From positions 51,660 to 115,659 of the forward strand of contig NMRA01000864.1 in NCBI GenBank assembly GCA_002633005.1: a stretch of 64,000 nucleotides of DNA. Direction: 5' to 3'. Shown one piece after another: positions 1-15,300 of the stretch (position 1 is the first letter of the stretch; every line of letters starts with the position of its first letter). This DNA is from Phoronis australis. Its lineage: Eukaryota > Animalia > Phoronida. The notes beneath the pieces were generated by a model, which searched no databases, was not told the origin of the DNA, and saw nothing but the letters and a program-made list of their open reading frames with translations. A program made the translations under genes and the position numbers.

Positions 1-124
1 AACAACTGATCACCTACTGACAGCTTGAACTAATCATAGGGGCAAACACATCGACGATTTCCACCAATTAAAATTGTCTTACATAAGTTTGAAGTCTCAA
101 CCGACTGTATACTTGTACGCTTAC

Positions 125-304
125 GTTTGCAGATGGGAGGATTGGACCAGAGACCATTTGCTTGGCACGTCACATTTGGCAAGCCAACTAACTCGAAGTC
201 ACCAAAGCAGATGTAAGTAACGGTGTGCCCTGTATGGTACTTATTCATCAATATCTCTGAGATGAAAGCGTTTTTGACTTCTGGCGGATCGGAACAAGTG
301 GGCT
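125..304 (-). CDS. Gene A exon: sushi/CCP domain (gene continues beyond window start)
   Basis: EPTCSDPPEVKNA...VTYICFGDFELVGLPNVTCQANGLWSNPPICK|gtaagc; 4 Cys plus W, phase 1-1. Confidence 0.93.
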
Positions 305-3300
305 CTGTAAAGAAAATATTTGGGGATAAAGTTTTCGATGAAATAAGTTTCTCGTAAAGGTGATTTAAACCCAAATACAACAATAACGTCATTTATTTAT
401 AAAATGACCTTGCTTCATGTATTAGTTTGGGATGACTGCTAGGATAGTTTTGAGTCATGTTCACTGGGCGGAATTTGTGTCGAGGGAGCCTTACGCGTTT
501 TATTCTGTTTACAGAGCCGAGCTCGTTGATTTTTTGTGAAGTCTCGGCACGATCTACCCTTTGCCACAGGGTCTTCAATCCGATTTTGATAGAAAAGTGA
601 TCTCGAGCACTAAACAGCAGCTCTTACATGGTCCATAAATCATACGTATCTTTCTTAGAACGAAACAAATGGAGACGACTTTGACAACACTAAAGGGTTT
701 AAGTAAGAAGCTTCATTTCCGGATAAAAGCCGCATCAAACTAAAAATGATGCCATACTCGTGCTTTTGTTCATGACTTTGACGGGGACTTATTTTGTTGG
801 TTACGTGACAGGGTTAGGCTCAGGATATCATATGGCTAACACCGGAGGGCAATGAGGTGAACGTTACTTTGCCAACGGTACTGTCTTTGTTGAGTAAAGA
901 ATTGGCAGTGACTCTATTTATTTTTTATTTGTTTTCATTGAAAAAAGAGTTTGGTATTCAGATGTACATGTATTACTAGAGATTGTCACAAGTGATAAGG
1001 CAAGTAATTAAACAACTGACAAACACAAATGCACTTTTTAGGAAGCTTTGTTCAGTTCCTATTTAGATATGCTTCTTGCAACCGACCACTACAACCCTAC
1101 AGTGTAAGTCCTCCACTGTAACCTGCTGGGAGCGTGTCTCTGAGTGGAGCAGTTAATGCACTATTGATGTCTAATCGTTTCATCCAAGAGGGCAATGAGA
1201 ATCGGTAATCAGATCAGTCATTCATGAACGACATTAATTTTTGTTTACCTGGTTTTTCATTGCACGATCCTGGCCACGTCTCCACATGATCGACAGCTAC
1301 ATCTGCCTTAAAACTTCGTCTCGTGTATTCAAAAGCAAACTGTAATATAAATAGACGGTAATTACATCATATACCGTGTAGATGGAATGTGTGCAAATAC
1401 CAAAACAGTGTTCAATGTGAAATTATTCTGCTGAGTTCTAAAGTACGAAGTATGCTCTTTTGGAACTTGACATCTTTGACTCTGTTTCTGATCAGTGGGA
1501 TGCAATACATAGTGCTTAGCATAGAAATTGTAAAAATGGCATTTTCTTTGTCTTTAACCATTTATGTAAGACATCAACTCTGTTCACTTGAAAGGCATCA
1601 CTAAAATAGGAAATTCTAGATTTACAGCACTGTGGGTGTATCTAAACGTGTAGCGTAAGCATGTATTTCCGAGATCAGTGACGTCACATTCAACGCTTAA
1701 TTTTGGAGAACAGGGATTTCATTCCGCAAGATTAACGTGTTATGTAAAGTTGGTAACAGCGTGTTTCGTGTAGATGTAACCACTCCAAACACGACAAAAC
1801 ACCCCCCACTGCTTTACAAATTAAATGCATGCACATTGCTAAGTTTCTTAGAAATCAAACATAAGAAGTTAACTTTTACCCAAACAGTAACGCCATCTGT
1901 TCGAGGGTCTATCGTTATCTTCTCACACACCCACTGATCACCCAAGTTCTGGTTGCTGCTGTAGCGAACGTCTCTTGCACCGTTTGAATAATGCAGGACC
2001 ACATCGAAGTTGCTCATGGACACAGAACTGCCGTACATATGGAGACAGAATGATATACAGCGACCATCGGACAACGCTGAAAAACATAGAAACTTTCGGA
2101 AAAGTGTTATACGGAACACAGAAGGCGAATGACATAATATACTACACTGTATCTTCTAAAACTACCTTTGGTTCTATAGGATGTTCTTGTCGCTTTTACA
2201 TGTATCTGTTAATGGACTGAGAAGCTGTTACAGACGGGCAACATTGTAGTTCGAGAAATTGCACAACACGCTCTAAATGCCATCACGGCTTCAAACTACA
2301 AAGGGCTGTAGACAGTAACATGCCCTAAGAACAACGTTGTAAATTTCGAAGTTGCTTGCTGAGTACAGTTCACTGGCTGTTTTATTATTTATTATTTATT
2401 TATTATTATGATATTTAAAATGAGGGTGGTCTCTTCAGTGATAGCACTGCTTTCCAAGAGGGCCCTCAACAGGAAAAAGAGTAATAAAGCAACAATGAAA
2501 TATACGTAAAAAGGTACAATCATGAATTAAAACAGGTTGAGAATTAAACAATAACTAAATGTGGTGAGGAAATCACGTGCTCCTTTTAAAACACGAGTGG
2601 CCTTCACGAATGATGTGCACCTACTTACGGAAGTCACTCGCTGAAGACAGGATTGCTTTATAGTTGTTTTTCACTGGATACGACGCCTCGCAGTACATGT
2701 AATTGGAAGAGCCATCGTAACCGGACGACGGTCCAGTGCCGAAGGTCGTAGTCTTACCCTGAATACAAAGTAAACTATTTGTGTGGTTCGATAACGAAGC
2801 GGATACAGAATTTTAAGATTTAAGGTAGGGCAGGGCAGATTATTAGCCAGGATTTTATCTGTCAGTCATTCGCCGCCCCTGACCTGCCAAATTGAATCTG
2901 GGAGAACTTCATGCAGGGGGGCAAGGCCCCCTTGGCCGCCCTCTGAATCCTTCACTGGACATGCAATAAATTCATGTAACTTTGTCATATGAGGAAAAGA
3001 ATGCCGATGTACATTCTTATTAGACTATCCCAATTTATAATTTTATTTAAATCATGTTTGTTGCCATTCAACCCACATTCTGCTATATATGACGAGACAT
3101 TTGCTCAAATCAGGAGTGGATGCGCAAATGGACTCACACAACTTGGGTTGGAAATAGTGACGTCCTGGTGAAATAACTTCATGTGGGTTATAAACGTTGA
3201 TAAAGCTAACTTGCATGAAAACTAGTTTTGTGAAATAAGTACATGTAGGAAAACAATGCTTGAAAAGTAAATTCAACAGTTGTTTGAAATAAAATGCTGA

Positions 3301-6300
3301 ATACTCCTGGCATACTGAGAAAATACACGGTAGCCTATTTCACGTGACAAATGTTCGATTCTTATAAACAACCAGTGAAAATGGCTCGCCTAGGACAGTG
3401 ATAGGATTGAGGATTTTGTGTTGAAGTGTACTCCTACCAATTTACGTGAATTTATGGCATATCGCTATCTAGAATAGTCCCAGGACAACTAAAGCATATG
3501 AATAGAACACTATTTCAAAACATTGCTGTTAGCCATCATGATATTGAACCGGATTCCACAAAATTTGTTCAACCCTATATGCACGCACTCCCTGGTGTAA
3601 CGCGTCGCGCCCCTCACATACATAAAAGTCAAAAATGGCGACAGTGTTATGTGAGAACTAGTTTATTTTGTTTGATATTTGACATAAAGTTCTCATTTTA
3701 CCATAGTTTTCAGTTGGCGGTACAAGTTTTACTGGACATATAAAAACGTGCTATCAGATACATGTATACAATTATAACTATTAAGATCACACACCGTTGC
3801 AAGTTTGAAACTGTGGCAATCCTCGAATACATGTAGCGCGAACTGTAGTAATTCTGAAAGACACCTTTAATAGTGTCAAAAACAGCAATTTGAGCTGCAC
3901 GAGTAAAAGCAGTAATCACTTTAGGATATCAATGGAAATCACAAATAAAACAATTATTTACATAATAATTGTCAACCCCTTGTGTCTGTCTCCTCTTGTT
4001 TCGTACCGCACGTCACTCAGGAGTCTGTATTTTAAAAATACTNCATATGAATAGAACACTATTTCAAAACATTGCTGTTAGCCATCATGATATTGAACCG
4101 GATTCCACAAAATTTGTTCGACCCTATATGCACGCACTCCCTGGTGTAACGCGTCGCGCCCCACACATACATAAAAGTCAAAAATGGCGACAGTGTTATG
4201 TGAGAACTAGTTTATTTTGTTTGATATTTGACATAAAGTTCTCATTTTACCATAGTTTTTAGTTGGCGGTACAAGTTTTACTGGACATATAAAAACGTGC
4301 TATCAGATACATGTATACAAGTATAACTATTAAGATCACACACCGTTGCAAGTTTGAAACTGTGGCAATCCTCGAATACATGTAGCGCGAACTGTAGTAA
4401 TTCTGAAAGACACCTTTAATAGTGTCAAAAACAGCAATTTTAGCTGCACGAGTAAAAGCAGTTTTCACTTTAGGATATCAATGGCAATCACAAATAAAAC
4501 AATTATTTACATAATAATTGTCAACCCCTTGTGTCTGTCTCCTCTTGTTTCGTACCGCACGTCACTCAGGAGTCTGTATGTTAAAAATACTCCCGCCAAT
4601 ATAGCATTATCCATCTACCTCGTTATCCTGTCAGTGTTTGAAACTCTTGTCCTAACTTTAGTCACTACGGTACAATTATCTTCAGTCTCGTTAATAACGA
4701 ACGAAAACACTTTCCCTTTCTGTTCCTGCACTCCGCCGGTTGTCGGACAAATCCTTGCATCCTCTAAGGTTGATTTCCGCAAGCGTCCGTAACGTACACT
4801 TGCTACTGCGACAATTTCGGTATCGAACGCGAACACAGAATTTTTCAGAACTTGGGTAGGACATTTTGTGCCGCCCCGCAAACAAACTATGGCAACAAAC
4901 AATGCAATAGTCTCTGCTTCGACGGTATTCAAGAACTTTCGCTATGGAGATGGTGACAGTCTAATCAGTTGGAAGGCTTGAAATCTTACAGGATTTTACG
5001 TTATTCGAAAACTGGTCTTAAATAACACTTTTTTATTTTTATTTAAACACCAAGGGGCACCTCCTGTGAATGCGCAAGGAATTTATTGTTTTGATACACA
5101 AACGTCATCCCACGTGGAACATTATGTATTTCTCTTGAGCTAGTTGGCGATTCCAACTTAACGTTGTTTATGCTCTTCACTACTTGAGTGGGCTCACAAA
5201 GGTGTACGTGGCAAATTTGTGACCACTTGATGATGCCGTCATGAAAAATATGATTTATCTAGAAGTCAGGATTAGTATTAAAGGAATTTTTACTTTCACC
5301 TAGCGTTCTTTTAACTCACGAGGATTTCTTAGATTGAACTCGCAGAGGCTAAAATAAAACCAGAAAATGTTTCATGTCACAGGTGTCGACAACGCTCCAC
5401 AAAAAAAAACATTGTTCGTTGATTAGTTGTTCCATGACCTCGTTGTGACCGATATTAAAACATCAGAATTCACGTAACAATTCCTGTTATCCAGAGACAT
5501 ATCCTTATGACAAAGCGCCACTGGCGGCATGACAGGACAATAAGTGTACTCACACTACACCAAATAATTGACAGACTAACACCTCAGGTCACTTCACAAA
5601 ATGGCCGATTATAACAAAAATGTCACGAGGAACAGCTTACGTGGAATGCGCGAGTGAATGTGCCTGTATTTTTGGGAATGGTGTCGTGCATATCCATAAA
5701 AAGATAACCAATTGATAACAGGGATTACTACACTGATGTTTTGCTTTTTTACGTGTCTGATAAAAACATTTTTTACCGAAATTAAGAAGTGACAGCAGAA
5801 TATGTTAAGTGCAATTCAAAAATAAAACATCAATCGTTATTTCAATGAATAACCGGCAGAAAACAGCGAGATTCTGCGATATTCATAAAACAACAATCGC
5901 CAAAAATGCCTCATTCGGTCGTACAGCTGATAACTGGCCAGTTATCTACTCGGCAATTTCAAATTCGCGGAAGAATAACCTTCTGGTCTAAGATTGTTCC
6001 TATCAACTGAGTTGTTGCAAATTTCAAACCACATAACATACGTATACTTAGCACGGCATGTATTGTCGTACTCGCCATATATTGTCGCACCGGTCGCGAC
6101 AATACGTGACGAAAGTAACAAACTATATCAAAAAAGCCTCATCATCTCTTGGAAATTAAATACATGTAGAATCTAATTAACTTACTACGTGTCTGGTCCA
6201 ATCAAAATCATCCTCTCGCAGGTTGACCATCAGGATCACTGACGAGTCCTCGAAATCATCCGTAATTACCTTTGAAGGATCTAGATAAAAAACAGAACAT

Positions 6301-9300
6301 ATTGAGAAACCAGTACTGTCATGAATACGAAACGTCGTCATCGGCAGTTACTCGATAACTAGTTCTACAGAGGCGGAGAAATATCACTAAAATGTGCTGT
6401 ATTTATCTTCCCTGGAAAACTTTGTTTGAGGAAACACTGCGATCATTGACTAGAGGGTAAAATAACTACGGGGACCGGAATTAACAGATAAAGATAAAAT
6501 GCATGATTTCAATGTAAATTTATTTCACTGCTAAGCAAATTACAACTTGGATGTATACATTATATTATTCACGATTCGTTAGGCGTGGGAAAATGTCGTC
6601 TTTATCTGGTGATCATACAAATGTTCACGGTCTGGTTGAATGGCAGAATGAACAAACACATTCATTTGCGTTTCTCACTTAAGCCGGCAGGGGGAGTAAA
6701 GCATGTTAAAAACAACACTTTTTAACAAATATTGAACTAGTTGCAATTACGACTTTGCAAACACGTTTGGTGCCAACTCATATCTCCTCCCGCGAACCAA
6801 CTACGCTCAGTTTTGGAGCGCATTGTAGGATTGTAATGTCGTCAGTTAACGCCTGGTGCAGAACAAGTTTTCACAAGGTAGATCCCAATGCACCTCTTGT
6901 ACATCTTATTCATGTAGTCGCCATTTTGGTATTCAGCCACATTTTAGGTTTAAAATCAATACATTTGAGAAGAAAATATAAAGAGGAACGCAAACAACAC
7001 GGTTTGCGCTGTTATTAAGCGCAGAACCTGTTCTTTTTAAACGGGAAAACAAAGCTCACTATTAAAATGGCGACTCCGTGAATGAGGTGTATATTTTTCG
7101 TTAACCCTCGAAACAAACAGAATACAAGTCTTCAATGAAGTTAAAGCAAAAGTTATGCGAATAGTTTCTATCACGAAACAGCTCTGCATCGATTGACCAG
7201 CGAAGACAACATCCAAACTATAAAAGTAATCTCGTGACTAAGTAATCAATGGCAACCCCGCAGAATTCACGTCATGATGGCACAAAGTGTATTATTAAAA
7301 GTTCCTTGCACCTCATACAGAACACCGCCGGGTTTGCAATGAGAATTGGGTTGTTCAAGCCCCATAAATTTGAATCACGCAATTGCGCACGCGCTGCACA
7401 TGTCAATTACAAACCGTGGACTCGTGTACAGTATTGAAATAGTTTGTGGGTACAACGGTTGCACATGCACTGTGGAATTTACGCCATTCACAGTAAAACT
7501 GCGCTATTTTGGTTAATACGCAATCAATTCTGACTCCTTATAATTTCATAACATGGCAGTCTACTGTGAGAGAAACGCACAACACTGAAAACCGAAATTG
7601 TGGGCAAGTTTGACGAGTGGCGTCTGTTAAAAATATTACGAAAATAGATTAATTCACGCCGTGGAAATGTTTTTTAAATAAATGTCTTTGTACGACCTTA
7701 GATGAAGCTTCATATTTTCGGAGGAATCCATTAGCCTCCAGCGATGCAGTATGAAGTCTTCCCGAAACCATGTTATGAGGATTTTGGAGACCTACATTCT
7801 TACTAAATGTCTCAGCCATAACTCTCATAGCTGTAGTCACGGGACTTGATGTCGGTCTGTAAGCGGGCAGACTGTCGATTGGCAACGCTTCGAAACACAT
7901 TTATTTTAGCAACATACCTAGTTGTGTGCAGTTTACCCCAATAAAGAGCGGGGCACATCGGCACGTGTACGTCAGATTCTCTATATCTGGCACGCAAGTG
8001 GAGCCTGGTCCACAAGGGTTGTCCAAGCATGAGTCTATAACAAACAGTAAGTCACAATTGAATGTCACTTTGGGTTTACTGTGTGGTTTGATAGAATTAC
8101 CTCACGCTGTCGTCAAATATTAACCATGAACATTACAATGTACAAATATGAAAGTCTTAAACAATTTTAAACCATATTGTGACCAGAGATACACAGTATA
8201 CTGTACATGCATTCCGTTTATCCCAACAGACGTGGTGACAGGACTTCCGGTGATACTAATACAATGAATGAACAAGAATGAACGAAGCACGGGACTTTTT
8301 TGTTGATATGCTCACCCAGTCTCACCAAATGCAAGACTAAAGTGCATGGGTCTAGATTGAACAGTACCCGCTAGCTGCAATACAAACGATTTGCACATGA
8401 GTTATGTAAATGTTATAGGGAAAGATTTATTGAATTTCTGTTGACCTGACAATTAACACAAACGGTGGATATCTGGAAATTTTTAATCACTATTTTTGCA
8501 AGTTCAGACATTCAACAATGGGCCATCCCTGTGTGACGCGATCGGATTTATTTTCCAAATGTCCCGGGCACCTGTACATGTACATATATCTATAAGTTCC
8601 ACAATGGAGTTATTTTGATCCCGGGCCCGGTTGTATGAAACAATCTCGGATAGGGACTCAACAAAGTTCCATAATTATTTTGGGTAAGTTGTGTTCTTTA
8701 CTCACAGATGTAATATTTACTATATAATTTATCCTCATTATGATCCCTTCTATAACTTAATTAAATTTTCTAAGAATATAGCCTAAAACTGAATCCTTAA
8801 TTCAATCAAACTAATTAGGAACTGACTCTTTAAATTATCGGTGTGGTATGAATAGTTCCCAACTCAAGAAAAGACAATCAGTGTTTTTATAACTCCACAA
8901 ATGATCACAGTCTATTTAGGGAACTTAGTTGAGTCTCTACTAAAGGAATGATTCATGCAACTTGGCACAGGGCTCTACATGTATATGTTATAAGTTCAAT
9001 GTATTCTTGTAACCGGGAACACGGCTCTTTGAGTTATAGGTTATAATGCGTTCCAGGTTCCATGTGCCCCACGGTCTACGTGTCTTGCAAGCTATGTACG
9101 CCGGTTTATACAAGATTACTATTTCATTTGCCTGTCTCGGGCAGGTCTGCTTTTTTCGATACCTCATTCTCATTTATCATTTCGACTCCAACAGCTCAAT
9201 TTTTTTGCAACGGCGATGAAGTACACGCTTACCTAAACAGATAAATATTATCAATAATGAACAACTTCTAATACTAATACGAACTCACTATTCGACACTT

Positions 9301-12300
9301 TGATTTTGCTCTTTTTCCTTAGCACTCGAATATCCCGAAATTGGATGAGGCAGAACTATATGAAAAGTCTATGAATGTACATGTAAATCTATAGAGTCAA
9401 GAAGATATAGAACCAGGTTTATACATGTACATGCATAGAGCCAAGAAGATATAGAACCAGGAACATGTAGAGCCAGGGGCAAAACACGAGACACATATAA
9501 TCTCGTACGCAAAATATTTACAAAAACATGACATGTAAAAACCGGGATACAAAGAACCCAGGGCATGTACATGTACAACACCGGCACATAGTACCGGTAT
9601 GCCCATTAAAGCCGGCGACAAGTGGAAGCCGTACTAATAGAACCTGGTACGTATAAAAAGGGGGCATATAGTGTCCGGGACATATAGAGTCCGGGACATA
9701 GAGAATCAGGGACATATGGAGTCCGGGACATAGAGAGTACGGGAGATATGGAGTCCGGGACATATAGAGTCTGGGACATAGAGAGTCAGGGAGATATCGA
9801 GTCCGGGACATTTAGAGTCCGGGACATAGATAGTCCGGGACATATGGAGTCCGGGACATATAGAGTTCGGGACATAGAGAGTCAGGGACATATAGAGTCC
9901 GGGACATATAGAGACCGGGACGTATAGACTCCGGGACGTATAGGGTCCGGGACGTATAGACTCCGGGACGTAAAGACTCCGGGACATGTAGAGTCCGGGG
10001 CATATAGACTTCGGGACATATAGAGTCCTGGATATATAGTGTCCGGGACATATAGAGTCCGGGGCATATAGAGTTCAGGACGTATAGAACCCAAGACAAA
10101 GAACAAAGAAACATAGTACTGGTAAACATATAAAAGCCAGGATACATAGAGTCCCATACATATAGAACTAGGGGCATATAGAGTCCGGGACATGTTTGGA
10201 CTTACATGTGCATTTTGAGCTCGCGACACACATAACCCATGACATATACATGTAGAACACTGGACTCATGGTAGAAGTAAACACGTAGAACCCGGAACAT
10301 GTAGAGCCCAATACACAAACAACTTGGGACATAGAGGACATGCAGCATACATGTATATACCCATTGACACTAAGATTAAGGGACACATACATATACAATC
10401 TGGAGCCCACCAACTTGGCGCTTTTCAATGTCGCTGGTGCATTTCATTTGAATAATGTCTGTCTCTGTAAGTTCAAAAATAATGATCTATCGCTGGTAGA
10501 ACTATAGCTGCTATCATTTCATCTTTCCGTCTGTTACAATCAATTCAGTGCACCACTTCTGGAGAACGGCCACGGGACTGTTATTCACAAGCACGACAGT
10601 TGAAATTGCAACTTACATGTACATGTATACATATCTAAACAATTGTGTTTTACAACGAAGATAGTACAATTCAACCTACAACATAATCCCAGTCTGGCCA
10701 TAAGTGCTCACGTATTCTGTTCGTGGCCCGTTTTAGATGTTGAATTGAGCAGGCAGACACTTCAGTGAATATTGACTGATCACACTGACTGTGTAACTCC
10801 TGTCTTTCACTGTTTAGGAACAATACGATTTTCTGTTTGATCTGTCATAAATTAACTTGACAAATGAAAAATCTAGTACTTTCGCAAGCCTCACACCATG
10901 TTTAAATTCATTGAGCAACTAGTTAAAGCTGCAAAAATGCGAAAACCGATGATACCCTATTCCCAAAAAACTCGGTCAGTAATGCGAGTCACAGCCAATG
11001 CGTATCGTGAACCGGTTCCGTATTCGCAAATGTTGGGTTCGCAAAAATAGCAAAAACTCTTAATCGCTGTTGATTTCGACTTTTTTTCGAAAGCTATGTA
11101 TTAAGAACGATATATGAAGGTAAGAGGTCATGTTTGTGTTTTGTATTGTAGACAGCTAAACAAGGCCAAATGCAGCTTCTTTGTTTTCAAATATCTTTCC
11201 CGACCTTTCCAGCATCATACTTTGTTACGCACTTAAACTTTGCTAATGCTATTTCTGCATAACGGCCTACAGTACGTTCTTCATTATAAGGAATAAAATT
11301 GAGTTGTTTTTACTAAATCTTCTACATACCGCGCACGTCTGTTGCCGTGGCTACAAAAACAGCAGAAGAGGGACCGGAAACACTTGTGTCGCCCTCTTTG
11401 TACACTAGCATAATAGCGTTCTCTCGAAAGTGTTCTCTAGTGTTGATATACTCCAGGATGGTCCTTCCTCCGTAGATTGGACCGTCTTGACCCAACATGT
11501 TGCTCCTGATCTCGACAGAATTCTCCGATCTAGACCCTCTGCCTATCAATCCCATGTCAAATGTCGTGCTCTGCAGGTTGATGACACTTCCAGGTGGACC
11601 CTGAACGTAGACGGCAGATAACCACACATGCATGTAGGTATCTTAGTTTGCAACTAAATAAAGCCGAACCTAAACGCCTCCTACAAATCCATCAAAATCA
11701 CAAATCGAAGTCAAAATTGTGCTCTCATTTCTCTAGAGAGCGCCCATAAGAAAAGTCCCCTATTGACACGTGTTGTTGATTTTCCTCGTCATGGGCAAGT
11801 TTCAGTGTGATTGATTTTGTTTCTATACTACCGTTTCACCCTGCCCTATGCTGGTCACTAAGGTGTGATCGTAACACCGGAAATTTATGAATTTTATGAT
11901 CACAGTGAGGCAATATTGTCCAACTAGAATGCCATAATATGTGAAGAGTGACACTTTGTGTTGCCACATTGCTGTGTCACACATTGCAGCATCATAGAAC
12001 CATCTACTGTTATCCGAATTGCTTGGTTGCGTACTTGTAAGCCAGCACGATACTGGCTCTCAGCCAAGGTGTAGGTATGGTTGAGTACAAACGTTAAGGA
12101 AAAACTGACTCCCGGTAGACAGGGACGCTATTTCAAGGGGTCTAAATAAGGATCCAGAGTTCAGGTATGGGGACTATCAAAATTTGGAAGAAGTAAAACA
12201 CGCCTTATTTAGTTTCCCAAATGTTAATGTTCTTAAATCAACTCTCAGGTACCAGAGACTGGCCTAAGACGCCGTTATCAATATCACCAACCAGTCAGGA

Positions 12301-15300
12301 ATTCTCCCCTCGCTTGACGTGCCACAACGGCATTTTTACACTTCATTGGCTNAAAGCATGTGTCGATCTTCATTGCACGTATTGTCCACCCACAGGTACA
12401 TGTACGTGTAGTTTCCTCAGGGCAAGTGCAACGATATATAGCATAAAAAACGTACCTTCCGAAGCTTAGCACAACATGTGTGGGGATGGGGGCGCTGTCC
12501 CAAGTATACTAGGGAGGGATTCTTGCCTCTCTGTTCCCATTTCAGCTTTATAGAGCATTGGTCACTTGCGACAGACGGATTTAACATAGGGGACGCCAAT
12601 CTAATGGATAACTCATAGCACATAGTACATGAAATTTTCAAACAACAATGAACCGTGCAACAGTGAGCTTTATTTTTTCTGGAACTAATGACCAGCCAAG
12701 TTCCCTGCACTAAATGATAGGGGCTTAGATATCTTTCAGCTAAGCCGCGTTTGGCTGGAAATAGAGGTGTACGTTCTCAGTTTTCATTGGTTGGTTTCAT
12801 TCTCCGATGACTCAACGAAACGACTTATTACAGTCCATTGAAACTTAAGTCAGTGGAGTGCAAACGGTGAACTCGATGGTCCGATCACGCAGGTGGAATG
12901 CCTTAATTAATTCAATAGCCTCGCTAACACCTGACAATAACTTTAATGAATTTCGAGTACTTTTGAACGTAGTAAAACCATGTGCGTATTTATCAGTATC
13001 ACATCTACCTAAATATTATGGCTCATTTAGTGCTTCTTTGGCAAACAATATGAAGTTTTTAATAATGATACAACAAAATTGATATACTCATGCTCTATAT
13101 TGTATGTGTAGCTTTAAGATTAACGAAACACTTATTACCGTGCACTAACTCAGGTTTCTAGATTGCCAGTCTACTGCTCTCACCACTGAGATACTGAGGA
13201 CCCGATATCTGTGCAGTTACTGTTTACAGAGAACAGTGTATGTCATGCAGCAATCTAGACACATGTTTTTCGATTCCTAGTTGGGATCCCTGATTGTTCG
13301 GTGTTGATTTGAAAAAAATCACTCTTATTGAGTGTACACATCGACTAGATTCAAAATGGCCGCTTACGATCCCGATGTTGATTAACTCTTACCCAATGGG
13401 TATTTTTAGACGGACCTTAACAGGCTGCGCTGAACTGAAAGAAGTGGGGGAACATAACCCCCAACACCCTCTGGTGCACTGCCATAGACCATAATGGGGG
13501 CTACAGCCCTCTATGGTGCGCCGCCCATGACTTTTGGGATTTCCAGGCTAACGGTTGGAGGAATTATTGGATAGTGCACGAGCTGCAGTCATGGAAAGTT
13601 CCTAAACTTGTGTTTCCAGCTATGAGATACCCGAAATAAACCCCCTTTTGGGAAAGAAAATTTTATGAGCGTAACGGATGACCCTGTTATTTCAATTCCC
13701 ATTTCTGGACTAGCAAATCGTTTGCCTTCACTGCCCTTTCCCAGAATTGCAAAATTTGGCATGAAAGGTATACTGTTCAAAATAAAGAAGGTATGGTTGG
13801 GTTCCCAAGAGCCGACTGATTATTTTAGGTATTTAATTGTAATGTAGTGGGATTGACTTCATTGTTAGGTTGAGATAAAAGCACTAACATCACGGAATCA
13901 TTTGCAACACAACCCTACCTGGACGACGTAAACACACTTCCGGCTTATATCCCCAGGCGTGCTTTCAAACTTCAGCTGGACAGCATCGCCGATTTTCTGC
14001 AGCAGACGTACACCACCACATCCTTTAAAAGATGTTACTGTTTTTTAATTATTTATATATTTTCTGTCCACACGGGTAGTCTGACGGGTAAAGACACCAA
14101 ATTAGACATGAAACCAAGGAAGGTAGACTGGCAGAGGGAAGTGTGCAAACTGGAATCATGAACGAACTACTCTTTATTTTCATTTAATTGTTGTAATACA
14201 CCAAAAGAATACAAAAAAACTGCTTGTCAAGCATATCACCGAACACAGACATCCGTCATAGGCAGGTACATAGACAGATGAACACACAGACGAATATTTG
14301 GATGTACAGCTGCATAGGGTGACCGAGTTAGAGAAAAACACGTGCAGGCAGGTGGTACCGTGCGGGGGGTTGGGAGGCGACGACCCCGGCCTTCCACTTC
14401 GGGAGGCACCTAATCAATGATGTGTAGTCATTGATTAACGTTTCCTTTTATCTTTCACATGTTTTACTTTTCTCAGTACATTTTAGTATAGAGAATGCCA
14501 GTCAATACGCAATCCAACAGGAACACATCTGCAGATATGCAACTGAATTCTTAATTTTCCCCACACCAATACGCTGGATCGTCCTTGCTCAGGGATACTT
14601 TGTTAAACGATGTCGTTATGTCGGGCACATGCTGTATTGAAGCAGACGAAGTGCTTATTGTAGAAACCAAAGCTCATACCTCTCGGTAAATAACGCCACC
14701 GTTTCAACTGTGAAGGTATCATTTGTTTGTTGCATTAATACTTCTCAATTCCAAGCGTCGTGTATACATGTGGGCAGAAGTGCAGAAGCTTGAGTCGAAC
14801 GTAAACTTTGACTTGTGCAACAAGTATGGAACCTTTATGGATAATTGATTCCCCTTCTCAATCATATTTAAGCTGCACAGTATTCGATGTTAGTTTCACT
14901 ACTTACCTGTGTCTGTGATCACATCCTCGCAAGTTGGTCCCCCAAGATTGGATGGACATTTACAGAAGCAGTCACCAATTGCCGACTTCAGAGCATAACC
15001 TTTGTTACAGTCAACTTGACTGTCACAAGTACCTGTAATAGACTCTGCTGTGCAATAAAAATTTCAAATGACCACTGATTCACCAATTGAAGCCTTCGAG
15101 TTATGCACAGTTTCTGATCACGTCATCCGGTCCGATTAAAAGGAATATAAACCTCGATTGTAATAATTACTGGCACATTTCAAAGCTACATGTATGTCAA
15201 CTCTGTGACCACATTCCAGTGCTAAACCAAGAGTCAACTGAAAACAGTTATCTACTCACTGTGTCACAGAATGCATAACGGTGGGTAGTCTTCCCCCGGC

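Noticed and set aside
9369-10428. Several overlapping ORFs with PGLYMSRTLYVPDSIC repeats
   Set aside because: They are translations of a 16-bp minisatellite that lacks stops on one strand; no splice or start support.
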